Shown in pieces: positions 14,614 to 27,445 of a stretch of 64,000 nucleotides of DNA. Each line of letters starts with the position of its first letter. Position 1 is the first letter of the stretch. This DNA is from Octopus vulgaris (Eukaryota). Position numbers and translations under genes: made by a program. The stretch is from positions 105,958,001 through 106,022,000 of the forward strand of contig OX597816.1 in the NCBI GenBank assembly GCA_951406725.2, given 5' to 3'. The notes under the pieces were generated by a model. That model did not search any database. It was given only the letters and a program-made list of their open reading frames with translations, and was not told where the DNA came from.

Positions 14614-14640
14614 TTCACATGTTTAAATATACATACACAC
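14347..14640. repeat. (TG)n, (TA)n and (CA)n microsatellites
   Basis: Directly visible. Confidence 0.95.
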
Positions 14641-15069
14641 ATGTTTGTTTTTCATATATGGATGACCAAGATTCAATCTTTTATACACAGCAATAATGGA
14701 AGATACTCAGCTGAAGGGTGCTTTTTCTTTCCTTTTACTTTCTTTGTCTTGTAAGTTATTTGGCAACCTCACTAGTGCTTGTGTCACAAAAATGAAAATC
14801 ACCCAGTACATACTGAAATGTGGTTGGTGTTAAAAAGGGCATCCAACCATTAAAAAAAAAAACTATGTCAGAACCAAACTGAAGCCCAGTGCAGCCCTGC
14901 AGGTCATCAGATCCTGTCAAACCATCCAACCTAATATTACCATGAAGAAACACATTAAATGATGAAGCTTGCTTCCAAACCATAAGGTCTTGAGTTCACT
15001 CCCACTGCATGGTACCTTGGGCAAGTATCTTCTGCTATAGCCCTAGGCTTACATATTTTCACAGAACCC

Positions 15070-15280
15070 ATTAAGTGAGCTTTTATATGGTTGTTCAATC
15101 TGCTCAAAATAGCAGCCAAATCTCCCTCAACTTGCATCCTTTCAATATTTATAAACAGAAAAAGAATACACTAAATAATAGAATCCAAGACATACTCCTC
15201 AAAAGACAGCATGGTCAGTGCAGGAATACTTTTGGTCAGGGGTCTACTCACTCCAGATTAACCTGGGACTAAACAACATA
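15070..15280. mobile_element. Unclassified ~200-bp dispersed repeat (family E)
   Basis: Core TGCTAGAAATAGCAGCCAAATCTCCCTCAA...ATGGTCATGGCTGGAATGCCTTTGATC...CTAAACAAC. Copies in the same orientation lie at ~7150-7330, 43575-43752 and 46880-47105. Reverse copies lie at ~10460-10640, 22720-22925 and 40570-40765. Confidence 0.7.
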
Positions 15281-15816
15281 CACACTTCTGAACAAAAATG
15301 TAACAAAAAATGAAAACTAATCCAATTTACTAGAACATGAAAAAACAGATGTTCTCTTCAATATATTTTCACATGGATTTAGAAATACATAGCTAACAGT
15401 TTGTTTATGCACTAATCTCTTATTTTTGTTAGATCTGGTTTAGTTGATGAGTTCCTTGTATAAATTTAATCATATAGCTTTCACTCACTAAGTCCATCAT
15501 ACAATTAAAACACTTCCTCTAAATATTTTTTCTTTATAATCCTAGCATTAGATACAATCATTAGAGAACCTTTAAGAATCATTAAAAGTGATTTTAGAGC
15601 AACCTCTAATTGTACACATATGCACATAGATACTGTATAGCTTGATTGGGTGTTTGTGCATATGTAAATGTTTGTATATTTGTGTGCATGTGTATATGCA
15701 TGTACATTTGTATGCATCTGTGTACACATGCACACATATTCACACACTCACATATATACATACATACACACACAAACAAACACACACATATATATATACA
15801 TACATACATATGTGAA

Positions 15817-15935
15817 GGCATGTGGTCTAGTGGTTAGGATGTTGCGCTGATGATTGCTAGATCATGGGTTCAATTTCTGGACTATGTAGCATGTAGTTTT
15901 GAGCAAAACACTTCATTTCACATTGCTCTAGTGAG
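15817..15935 (+). mobile_element. SINE family C 5' portion
   Basis: GGCATGTGGTCTAGTGGTTAGG (A box), GGTTCAATTTC (B box), TTGAGCAAAACACTTCATTTCAC. Homologous to 58951-59202. Confidence 0.75.
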
Positions 15936-16177
15936 TGGGAGAGTACCAGAATCAATGGCATGTTACCAGAGATGCTTTACAGTATATCTCCTGGCTTTCT
16001 AAATTCTGAGTTCAAATCATACCTGCCTAGAGAAGGCAATGGGAAACCACTCTAATATTCATCTCATGTCTAGTCATGGACAGCTGTAGTTTCAGTAGTT
16101 TACTTAACAGTGGCTGGGGAGGGTATAGACCCTCTCAGATTGTATAGAGTGCTGGAGAAGGTAGCATGCACAGCACC

Positions 16178-16259
16178 TGTCCAAGGGCAGACCACCACAA
16201 GACTTGACATACATATGTACATATGTATGTCAAGTCTTGTGGTGGTCTGCCCTTGGACA
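16178..16259. repeat. Perfect 82-bp palindrome
   Basis: TGTCCAAGGGCAGACCACCACAAGACTTGACATACATATGT|ACATATGTATGTCAAGTCTTGTGGTGGTCTGCCCTTGGACA, with no spacer. Confidence 0.97.
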
Positions 16260-17571
16260 AAAACTTGCTCTGCAACCATGTGCTTTCAGCTTCAGCCCTA
16301 CTACATGACACTGAACAATTGTCTTCTACTATAGTCCCAGACTGACAAATAACTTGTAAGTATATTTAGTAAATAGAAACTGCAAAAAAGCCCTCATATG
16401 TATGTATGCATGTATATACATATATGTAGACATGTACGTATGTATGTGTGTGCGTGTGTGCATGTGTATGTGTGCACGCGTGCATGCACTTACTTTTTAA
16501 TGTTAGTCTCTCATCAGTTGGTAACCAATGTTACTTTATTAGCATTCAAGTAACTTAGTAATTTAACAAAAAGAAAATGATAGAATAAGTACAGACTTTA
16601 TGGCCCTGAAAGGTAATTTTATTGACTCTGAAATGATGAGAAGGCAAAGTCAACCTCAGCTGGATTTTAAACTTAGAACATAAAAACAGACAAAATGCTG
16701 CTAAGCTAACGACTCTGCCAGATCACCAGCTTCATAATAATAATAATCCAAATAAATATAAAGGAATTGGCCTAAAGCTTGTGAATCCTCCTCTAATAAA
16801 CAATTAAGGAATACTTATGATCATTAAATTGAAGTTGTCATCATTGACAATTTTAGTTATAAATCTGTCAATTGTGTTAACACTTTATTCTAGTGCAGAT
16901 CAAGCACTGCATTGCACAAAATCTTTGTGATTTTAAGATTCAGATTTTCTAACAAAATTAATGTCATTAATAAAGACTGATGAACTAAGATTATTTAGCC
17001 AGAAAGCAAACAAAAAAAAAAAGGAACCCTTTAAATCTATAGTTGTCAAATAATCAGCAAAAATAGTTTTTGCATTAAAGAAATTAGATCCCTTACACAC
17101 CTACAAGTCTTCTGAATAACAGTGAGTCTGAAACTGGAGAATAAATGAAGTCTTATTAATAAATGTTCTGCTATGAAGACACCAGCCCAAACTTTGAAAG
17201 CTAGAAGCTTCTGAAAAATCAATATTCAATAAAGGACTGAACTTCGCTTCTACTATTAATTTCTCTCATTTCTTACAAGATTGCTGTTCTAAAGAGTAGA
17301 CCTAATCAGTAATAATATTTCGTTATGTAACTATCTGTCTACCTGTGCACATTTCACTACCACTCTATGAGAATTACAGAGAATATCAACCATATAAGAT
17401 TAAATGGCTATTTCTTCACAAACTTTCATACAAGTTATTTCATTTATGGAAGGTTACATTTTAAAATAGCATCATTTAAGTTGCTTTTATTGTTGTAGAT
17501 GTAGTTTAACCCCAAGTGAAACCTGATCATGATATAAAGTTTTTCATTAGAGACATGAGCATTTTGTCTTT

Positions 17572-17733
17572 TTAACTCTTTAGCATTAAGATTATTCTGT
17601 TAAACATAATGTTTGTTTATTCACATCATTTTGAATTAATCATGCATTATCTCAGAGCTTCAAGATTTCAATGATGTGATCATTTATTTATAGAATGACA
17701 TTGTAGGGTAGGTGTGAGAGACTGGATCTGGCA
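17572..17733 (+). mobile_element. Truncated piggyBac-like MITE
   Basis: Starts TTAACTCTTTAGCATT (TTAA plus a CCCTTT-like terminus) and sits inside a family E copy. The right end is not found. Confidence 0.45.
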
Positions 17734-18604
17734 GCTATTTTTAGCAATTTAGATGACTGTGCAAAATCTCCCTCATTAAATTATAATCCGGATTATATTT
17801 CACAGTTTGTTCAATTTAAACATTTTGTTGTTTAAAGAAAATATTTTGCAAAGCTTTTCAGAGCAGTGTAGCAAGAGTTAATACACATATTAAAAGAATA
17901 CATAACAAGAATATCTAACCCATTAGCAACTAATTTTCGGAATTTAAAATCTAATTGAGATAAAACGTAAACTAATTTCACAAGAAACTGATGTTATTTT
18001 CTTTTAATGTACATTAAACTCTGATATTTACATTTGTTACCTAAAACAATTTTAATCTGAAGAGATTTCTAAAACCAGTTCTTTATAGGAATTCATTCAA
18101 TGATTTTGTTTATTTATTTCCTTTTCAAATATTTAAATTTGCTTTATTAGAATTTAATACCTTTGGTGTTACAAAAAATAGAAATGGTGAAATAATTGCA
18201 AAATTATAAAGAAGTAAAATAAAAGTTTAAAAAAGACATGCATTTTGCTAGAGATTACTTGAATTCAAGAATGATTCAATGAGTTTGTTGAACTGGAAAC
18301 TGAAGTAGCTTAAATATGGTTAAGTACAAAGTGTAGTAAAAACATTTTTAGTTCTTAATAAAAAGAGTCTGATATCTAAACTCATAGATTGATCATCCAC
18401 AGGCAAAAGCTGGGAATGCTATATTAAGAAAGTAATTTATGAGTGTGAAGATCTCACTTCTATGTGATCATTACTTGCTTTATAAGCATAAAAAGTAAAC
18501 CATTAGTAAGGTGTGAACACAAAAGTTACTGGACAGAGTAAGAATGTTGAAGATTTTATTGGATTAGTGTAAGAATGTTCAAGATTTTATCTTTGACATT
18601 CTTT

Positions 18605-18795
18605 TAACTGTTTCAGCCACTGGACTACGGCCATGCTGGATCACTACCCAGAAGGGTTTTTAGTCAAACTAATCTACCCCAGTACTTATTCTATTGGTCT
18701 CTTTTGTCAAAGTGCTAAGTTACAGAGACATAAACCAACCAGCACAGTTTATCAAGTGATAGTGGGAGACAAAAGGTACACACATAAATATATAT
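18605..18795 (-). mobile_element. SINE family A 3' portion
   Basis: Reverse complement of the family A tail, ending at the internal microsatellite. Confidence 0.75.
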
Positions 18796-18800
18796 ATGTA

Positions 18801-19310
18801 TATCTCTTGTATTTTTTAATTGTAAATCTTCCACTGAGGAGGGAGCCAGTTTCCAACAAAGATACAAGGCTCCATCTTTGGGGTGTAGTTAACACAAACA
18901 AATTCACATTTGGAACTTGAGAAAAGTCTTGCATATTTTTACTATTCCACTCAGATTGCACTTGTAATGTACGAATCAGGCAGTCAATTTCTTTTTCGGA
19001 AGATCCCAGTTTATCCAGATTCTCCTTTAAGCATTTACTAACAAAACCTAGAACTCCAGTTATTATTGGTACGAATATGAATTCATAGTCTGGATATAGA
19101 AGCTGGAAGTTTCAAAGCAGTTTTATACCTGCAGGGCAGTTGACCTCTGACAGTACAGACATTTACCCCTCTATCCCAAACAACAATATCTGGCCTATTA
19201 TGTTTACATTTGACAGAGGTTTTGATGGAATATTCCACCAGTATTCCTTGAGTTTTTTTTTTATGCATGTATTCCATAACAGAGGGATTTTGTAAGTTTG
19301 GGTGGGGACA
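18801..19310 (-). mobile_element. R4/Dong-like non-LTR retrotransposon 3' end (restriction-like endonuclease domain)
   Basis: Frameshifted translation: KEYWWN...KCKHNRPDIVVWD...NFQLLYPDYEFIFVPIITGVLGFVSKCLKENLDKLG...LQVQS/GIVKICKTFLKFQM* (stop at 18904-18906). The RPD motif is the catalytic motif of RLE domains. Confidence 0.8.
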
Positions 19311-21771
19311 TTTGCTCCCTTGTTCAAGGTATAAAGATGCAGTTGTGCATCAGTAATCAGTTGGAAAAACTGTTTTCCTGGAGCTAAAAAATGTAGTAAC
19401 ATCATCCTAATCAGGACTGCCACTTTACATTGGCAAATAGATTTTACTCTGTAGTACTGTTACAACTTAATTCTCACTCACTAATTGTTTTCCTCCATAT
19501 ATAACTAATTGTTTCTTACTTAAGTGGAAAGCCAGTAATCTTATGGATAGAGGGTTAGTTGATACAATTGTCCCTAGCATTTGACACTGTACTTTATCTT
19601 ATCAACCTGGAAGGATAAATGGTAAAGTTAACCTTGGCAAGATTTGAACTCAGAATATTAAGAGCCAGAACAAATACAGCATTTCTTCCAACATTCTTCC
19701 AATTCTGCCAGCTTGTCAATAAGTCATAATTGATACAAAGATATAAATGATACTAGGACAAGAACATTTCAGAGGAATGGACATTTGTCATATCCTGTCA
19801 AATCATCCAATCCATACCAACATGAAACATGGATTTTAAATCATGATGGTAATAATAATGGTACATACAGAAAGACAAAGAAAATTTTATGTAGCAATAT
19901 AAAAGAATCTACTGTGTATGTGTGCTTCTACATACATACATGCATGCATACAACATACAATACACACACACATATACATACATATGTACATTTAAATAAA
20001 TTGTTGAACAATAAAATTTATTATTCCATATATTAATGGTAGCCATGTTATAAAATCTGACATCACTTATGTGAATGTGCTATTGTCAAATTAATGCACA
20101 TACTTTCCAAACTATTTTAAAAGGTAAACTATACAAGTAAAGACAAATATGAATTTTGACTACAGATATTGACTTAAAATCAATATAAAACTAGTTGTAA
20201 TCTATTATTAGACACATTGTCTTCTAGTCTTTTTTTGTAAACTTCCCAGCTTGTAATGTCAAGAAATAATGAAACAGTTGATTCATTCAACATCATAAGT
20301 ATTTTATCATTTAATAAGTGGCACTTGTTTTTTAAATGATGTAATAAATTAACTAATTATAAATTTAAGTAGAAAATATTAGCATAGTTGGCTAAATCAG
20401 GTATTTTTAGTTATATTAAACTATTGACTTTTATGACAAATACAAGATTTCTTTGTATTTGTATGCAGAAAATTGATTTCTAACATAGACACAAGGGAAA
20501 GGGAATGCTCAAAGCTATTTTATTATTAATGCTTAATTTGTAAATTGAGATTGCAGTGGGGCAACTTTGCCTTTCATTCTCCTAAGAGTGATAAAATAAG
20601 CACCAATTAATTATGGGAAGAGACTGGGGTCTATCTAATTATCTATACCTGACCCAAAAATATGTGGTCTTGAGCCTATATCAGAAATCATTATTTGGTT
20701 TTAACCAACAAAGAATAAAAAGCATTGCCAACACGATTTGAACCTGGAACAGTTAGTTGATAAAGGTTACTGAGGCAATTGTCTCCCTCATTTTTATTAT
20801 TTGTAATTTTATTGAAATCTATATTATAGTTTATTCACCTAAAAAAAAAAAATGAAAATAAAAACTACATTAGTTTCAGGCAAAATATTCAATTTGAAAC
20901 ATTGATATATATTCAAAACAACTTCATGAAAAATACCTAACAATAGTTTGAACAAGAAATTACTTTTTTCTTTATTTTTTTTTTTTCGTGGGGGGAATAT
21001 CATTGAGCCTACTGATTCAGTAAATACTTAAACAGTAAAAATAAATGAATATTGTAGAATTTTCTGAGATAAAAAAAAAATGTTTTTCTTCTATTTCTTT
21101 CCAAAATTAAAAAGGTAATGAAAACTATTTGCATCAAAGAAGGCCAACATTACGCTTGGAATTAAACAATATGTTTATATGTATGAAGAAATAAAGATAT
21201 GAATATATATGAATCATCAAAACATTAATTTTTTCTTTTTTTTTCATTCTAATATGGGTTAGTGGGGGGTGTCTGCATAGATATATATACACATAAATAA
21301 ATGAGGTAAAATATGTTTATAAATAGATGTGAGTATGTTTACAGATAGAAAGATATGAATGTGTGCATATATAGTTATGAATATGTGTACAAACAAATAG
21401 TTATGAAAGCATGTATAAATAAAAAGAAATGAATGTATATAGAAATTGATAGATATAACTACATAGAGAGAAAAATGTGTAATAGGGATAGATAAACAAA
21501 GACAGAGAAAATCATTTTAGAGAACTGAAAACAGATCACATGAAAGCAGACAATCACATATTCTATAGCAAACAAGCCAAATTTTGCAGAAAGATGTATA
21601 ACTGTCATTATACTGAGAATTCAAAACTTATATTTTTGCTGCATCTTTCAAATGATAGAATGACAAGAAAACAATGGTTAATGTTTGTCCTGACAAACTG
21701 ATGACTTTAAGTGTGATATCCAGCAACAGAGTATTTCAGATATTATCAAAGTCATGATAACTGGTATCAGC

Positions 21772-21940
21772 ATCCTCATCAACATTTTAACATCCATTTT
21801 TCTATGTTGGCATATATTGGACAGCTCTACTTATACAACATGATATCATTCATCTTGACCTTTTCTCATCTCATCTGTTAATACCAAGCTTTTTCTGAAA
21901 TCTGACTTCATGACATCTTCCCAGGTTTTATTCAGTTTGA
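21772..21940 (-). mobile_element. Old RTE LINE 3' end
   Basis: The minus strand encodes KTWEDVMKSD..., followed directly by GTCCAATATATGCCAACATAGAAAAATGGATGTTAAAATGTTGATGAGGATG (the family D tail). Confidence 0.6.
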
Positions 21941-22289
21941 AAATCAGAAAAGGAAAGCATCTCCTCCCTTTCCCTCATCATCCCTATCAAATCTGTGCAT
22001 TTGTTTGTTGATATCTATGTCTTTTTTTTTTCGCCTTTTTGTTTCACATGCTAGAAAATATATAAAATTGAGAGTTGTTTTACGGACAGATGCCTTCCTT
22101 GACATCAACTCTTACCTGTTTTTCAAGTAAGGGATCTCTTATTCAAAAATTCTTCAAAAATGCATAGACAGCAAATGATTTGTTGACAAGGAAATAAATG
22201 ACAACTAGCTCAGCACTTATTCATGCAAAGTGTGCAAAATGTAACATTTGCATTGACACAAACACACACACACACATGTACATCCATAC

Positions 22290-22460
22290 ATACATACATT
22301 AATTGGTTTCACAGTTTTCATCTACTAAATGTACTCATATGGTATTGGTTGACCCAGGGTTGCAGTAGAAGATACTTGCTCAAGGTGCCATGCAGTGGAA
22401 CTGAACTTGAAAACACATGGTTGAGAAGCAAACTCTTTAACCACTCAGCCATGCCTATGC
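22290..22460 (-). mobile_element. SINE family A 5' portion
   Basis: Reverse complement of the family A head. Confidence 0.75.
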
Positions 22461-23479
22461 CCATAAATTACAAAAAGGTCTACAATAAAAAAACATAGTT
22501 TGTGGAAGATTTTACAAGACGAAATAGTTCAAGGAAGAACTAACTAAACTTTGAGTATTTTGTCTGGTAGAAATTATTCCTCCTAAGAATAGTAAAAAAA
22601 ATATTATCAGATGGAATATGGGATGTTTTATCACAAGAATTGTGGAATAATAAGAAAGTAATGTTTGAGTTTTGCTAGCTTCCAATAACTTTCTTACGTC
22701 TCTATTACTGAAGGTTACTGTTGCTGTTTAGCTTTAAATCAGTCCTGAGAGAACAGGCTATGATGAAATACATTCCAAACATGATCATGTGGTCATCTGT
22801 TTTCATTTATAATGTATCTAGGTAAATATTATCAAATGTGCCATTTCTTTCTTTTGATAATATTGTTATGAGGGAGAATTTGAATTCTATTTTAAGTAGA
22901 GTGAGTGGCTACATAGATCCTTATTGGCTCTATGAGTACCATGCAAGTCTTTTGGTTAGAACTGATGAGATGCAGTTGATGTGACACATGTCAAAGAAAG
23001 TCTCCAACTGATTCATTTCAGCAGAAAAGTATGTGACACACAAGAGAAACAAAAGGAGGAAAGAGGGATGAAATGAGTAAGTTGGATGGAAGTAACCAAG
23101 CTCTAAGTTGTAAAAGAGCCAATACAGTGAAAAGCGGGAAAGCATCATCAACACATGCTGCAACAAAGAGAGCTCACTAGAAGCTTCCAATCCATATTGT
23201 TAAGCAGAGAGCTATAATACACTAGAGAGAGTTGACAGTTTTGTTTAGGTCAAGAGCAACAAGTTTGTTCTCAACAAAATTCTCAAAACAAGATATCATT
23301 AGTGTGTCATATAGGAAAGATTTCCAGTCAATTTATTGCCGCAGCAAACCTACAAGGAATAAAGGAGAAAAAACATTTATAACCATTTCTATGACTTTAT
23401 ATGGTATAGGAAAGACAGCATGGTGTAGGAAACAGAACTCTATTAAGCAGAGAGAGAAGATATGGGATACTGCTGTATA

Positions 23480-23620
23480 TGTGTAAAGTAAGGGTCCAGG
23501 TAGGGGATCAGCTAGGGAGCACACTGTTTAAGAGCAATGGCTGGGATGCAATCTGGATTATCTTGTTCGATTTAATTGACCAGGATAGTCTGCATTACTC
23601 ACGTAGCTGTCTTCAATGGG
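23480..23620 (-). mobile_element. Highly decayed CR1/Jockey-group LINE fragment (may extend ~22950-23760)
   Basis: The minus strand encodes PDCIPAIALKQCAP*L, matching the GPDGIP..LK.CAPEL motif that precedes the RT domain. Confidence 0.45.
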
Positions 23621-24179
23621 AATGAAATATATTTGTTGGCAAAACATCAGCATGGAATTGGCAGAGCTTAGATCAATTAACCAATTTGAAATAACAGGGA
23701 ATTTGTGAAATGGGGAATGTGTACTATAATGAGGCAGAATGAGATGTGGTGATTAAGCAGTCATCAGATGAAACTATGGATACTGAACGTGATATTTTAA
23801 AATAACTAATAACACTGACAGAGAATTTAGTCACTCAAATTATACATAAATAGCATGAAAATTCCTATAAGTGGGTAAGTATTTGTATTTGTTGTTTTAT
23901 CTCAGTGTAAGTCTGACAGGGCATACCTTTGATGAAGAATATTCTCACTATTCCCATCCTATCTTTGAGAAGAAAGAAATTATTTCAAATGCGAGATTTA
24001 GTTTCAATGCTTGTAGATACTGCATGGAGTTTTTTAATGTCCTGGTAGAACTTGTAAATATTTGTGACAAATATATGATTCTATCGAGAGAAGTGGTCAG
24101 TTTTTTTCTAAATGTATTATCCAACATTCCTTTCCCAAGCATGGTTATAATTTTTCTTCCCCTTCCAGGATCTCTTCAG

Positions 24180-24180
24180 T

Positions 24181-24229
<49 letters not shown>

Positions 24230-24252
24230 TGTGTGTGTGTGTGAGTGTGTGT
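24180..24252. repeat. (GA)n(GT)n microsatellite
   Basis: Directly visible. Confidence 0.95.
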
Positions 24253-24983
24253 ATTGCAATAAAACTACAATAAATTTATAATACAGATGCATAAACATTT
24301 GCAAGTATATCTGCATAAACATTTGCAGATATATCTGCATATATACCTATATCTACACACACATAAACAGACATTTAACAAAACTGATGGTTCTCTCCAT
24401 CACAAAGAGATTTATTTCTTTGTTGAAGAAAGAACATAAATGTAAAAATCTCACAGTAGCGACAGAATGAATCATCACTTTGAAAAAAGATATATACACA
24501 CACACACACACACAGTGACACTTAATTACCAAAATTTTTCAACAATAAAATATTTTCAACCAAAATTTTTTAACAATAAAATATTTCCTGAGCATTCAGC
24601 AACATCTTTTTATTCAAAGTAGTTCCTTAAAGGAAGAATATAAGTATTTACAATTCAAAAATAAATGCTATTTTTCTCTCTTTAAGCAAAACAATGTGAT
24701 GATGTTATCAGCTGGACTAAAATGATAATGAAAGAGTTTTTATTAATACAAATGTTTATCAATTTACAACCAAAGAACAAAGAATTGTCTTCACATCACT
24801 GCTTATATTCAATTATTATATATATATATTCTAGATATATCCCAAGTTCTAGTTGATAACATTTTTATAACTCCTTAAATAGAAGCTGTAGAAACATTAC
24901 TATTCATCTGATATGATAAATATAAACACACACACACACACATAAGCTGGTGCAGATATACATACATGAATAATGTACATATA

Positions 24984-25199
24984 CATTAGTTTCAAATTTT
25001 GGCACAAGGCCAGCAATTTCAGAGGAAGAGTAAGTTGATTACATTGACATCAGTGCTCAACTGGTACTTATTTTATTGACCCTGAGAGGATGAAAAGCAA
25101 AGCTGACCTTCGCAGAATTTGAACTCAGAATGTAAAGATGTGCAAAATGCCACAAAATATTTTGCCTGGTTTGCTAACGATTCTGTCAGCTTGCCGTCT
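24984..25199 (-). mobile_element. SINE family B with 13-bp TSD
   Basis: Homologous to 11384-11597. TSD TAATGTACATATA is at 24971-24983 and 25200-25212. Confidence 0.85.
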
Positions 25200-27283
25200 T
25201 AATGTACATATATATAAAAACAAACCTTCCAATTTTATCATGTACTGTATATAAAGATGGCAAGCTAGCAGAATCTGCAGAGCAGCAGAGAAAATACTTC
25301 GCATTATTTGTTTTGGCTCTTTATGTTTTGAGTTCAATTGCTACAGGGCTCAACTTTGCCATCCTTTCAGGGTCAATAAAAGAAAGTACCATTGAAGTAG
25401 TGGATGAATAGTATTGACCAACAAAATTGCAAGCCTTGAATTGAAATCAGAAACCATTGTTTATTTTGTGTGGGTGTGTATGCGTTTTCCTTTTCTTTTA
25501 TGGCAGACTCTGTGGGAGATTTGGAGAGAAAAATTTCAGATATGAAAGCCAAGCCTGGAATTGAAGGTCTCTGAACTAAACTTGGCCTAGACTAAAATAT
25601 TAAGGTGAATATAAAAGAGCTCTGATGTTATCAGGGGAATGGTCATGCTCAGTATGCAGTAAAGGAGTAAACAGAAACTCCATGCAGTGTACTCAGATTA
25701 AACAATGGAAACACAAGATGTGCAGTGGATCACAGATAGAATAACTGCAAAGGCAACCTTTGGAATACTTCATTAACAGGAATATGACTATGCGTGTACA
25801 TACACAGTGATGAGGAAGATAACAAAGATGATGACTAGTCCACTTGGTTTCAAGATTAGCCAATATGATTTTGAACAATAGCATAGGATCATAGCTACTC
25901 AAGCCAGCAAAACTTTCTATATACTCTATAAGCAATTGACTGCAGATGACCAGATATATCAAAAACCATCTCAGAGCCAAGTACCGATCAGTTTCCTTTG
26001 GAGATGGTAATTTAGGCCAGTAGGTAAATCTGTCTGCAATCAAAGTAAGTAAATGAATTCCAATTAAAAGAGATACTTCAACTACAACCTCAGGCTGATC
26101 AATACCTTCTAAGTGGAATTGGTAATGGAAACTGAGAATCACATCATAAATATATATGTGATTGTACATGTATGATTTTGTGTGCATGTGTGTGAAGCTG
26201 TTCCACATGTTCTTATTGACACCATCTGAAGGAAACAAAGTTTTTGTTTACCTTCTGTGGCTGTAGTAAACAAAGTCCTGTAGTCTCAACTTCCAACAGA
26301 TGAGAACCAGCAAAATGAAAAATAATACATGCCTTGCTTGGAAAACAGGTACTTAACAAAAGAAAATATGCCTCAACAAGTATTGTTTAACACTTGTCAA
26401 CATGGAAAAGCAGATGTAAAACCAAATGAATGAATTTCATAGATGTTTATATAAAATCCATTCCAGTCACCATTTCAAAATTTTTAACTTTCAACAAAAA
26501 AATCCAAAATACTAAGAAGCTAAATTTGAAGTTTTGATCTATCCAGTTCATTGTTGTTAACTTAAATTCTGCAAAGGTCAACACTGACTTTCATCCTACA
26601 TTACAAATACCCATAGCCTACAATATTTTCTCTCTCTCCTTTTTTTTTTACCTAAATAGCTTCAAGAAATGCAAAAGGGCAGTACCCATGAGTTTTGGAT
26701 GGACTCCAAGACTTGCAGGAGAAAATAAGATGAAAACCATAAATCATGAGTTGCTATAGTACAAAGCTGTGCTCAAGATGCTAAATTATCCTCAAACCAA
26801 AGATCTGGTCCCAAACACTTGCAACAGAATGGACTTTGCAAAATTCACCCAAGGGCTAGGTGGTGGTTTTAAAATGAGTGATGGATTAAATCTACCAACC
26901 AAGACAATTCATCTGATGGTTTTCAGCAGAACTTCTGTTAATCTAATTTCACATACTTTGCCAAAGATGTACAGTAAGTCAAATCCAGAACTATTTGATG
27001 CAAAGCAAATGTCTTAAACATATGGCCAAGCATACATCCTCCCCTTCACACAAACTGCCCTTCAATTTGATCAAAAGAAATCAATAATTATTTTATTTCT
27101 AATCTAACTATGCTAGTGAATAAAAGACTGGTACTTTAAAATATTGTAGAACTAACTTAAAGAAAGAAATGTTAAGTCACATTTCCATTTAGCTAATTTG
27201 ACTAAATCCAGCTCAAATAAAATAATAATAAAATACAATTTTAAAGTTAAATGAACACCCAACAGTACTTCACATTATTAAAT

Positions 27284-27445
27284 ATTCTTTTCTACTCTAG
27301 GCACAAGACCTGAAATTTTGGGGGAAGTGGGGGCGCAGTCGATTAGATTGACACCAATACGCAACTGGTACTTAATTTATCAATCCTGAAAGGATGAAAG
27401 GCAAAGTCAACCTTGGCCAAATTTGAACTCAAAATGTAAAAACAG
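27284..27445 (-). mobile_element. SINE family B, 5'-truncated
   Basis: High similarity to 11384-11540. Further decayed copies lie at ~9360-9500, 16600-16735, 19520-19720, 25270-25460, 29520-29680, 40075-40400 and 43192-43295. Confidence 0.85.

Noticed and set aside
25693-26238. 181-aa minus-strand ORF
   Set aside because: It crosses repeat fragments and has no clear motif. It may include very decayed LINE sequence.
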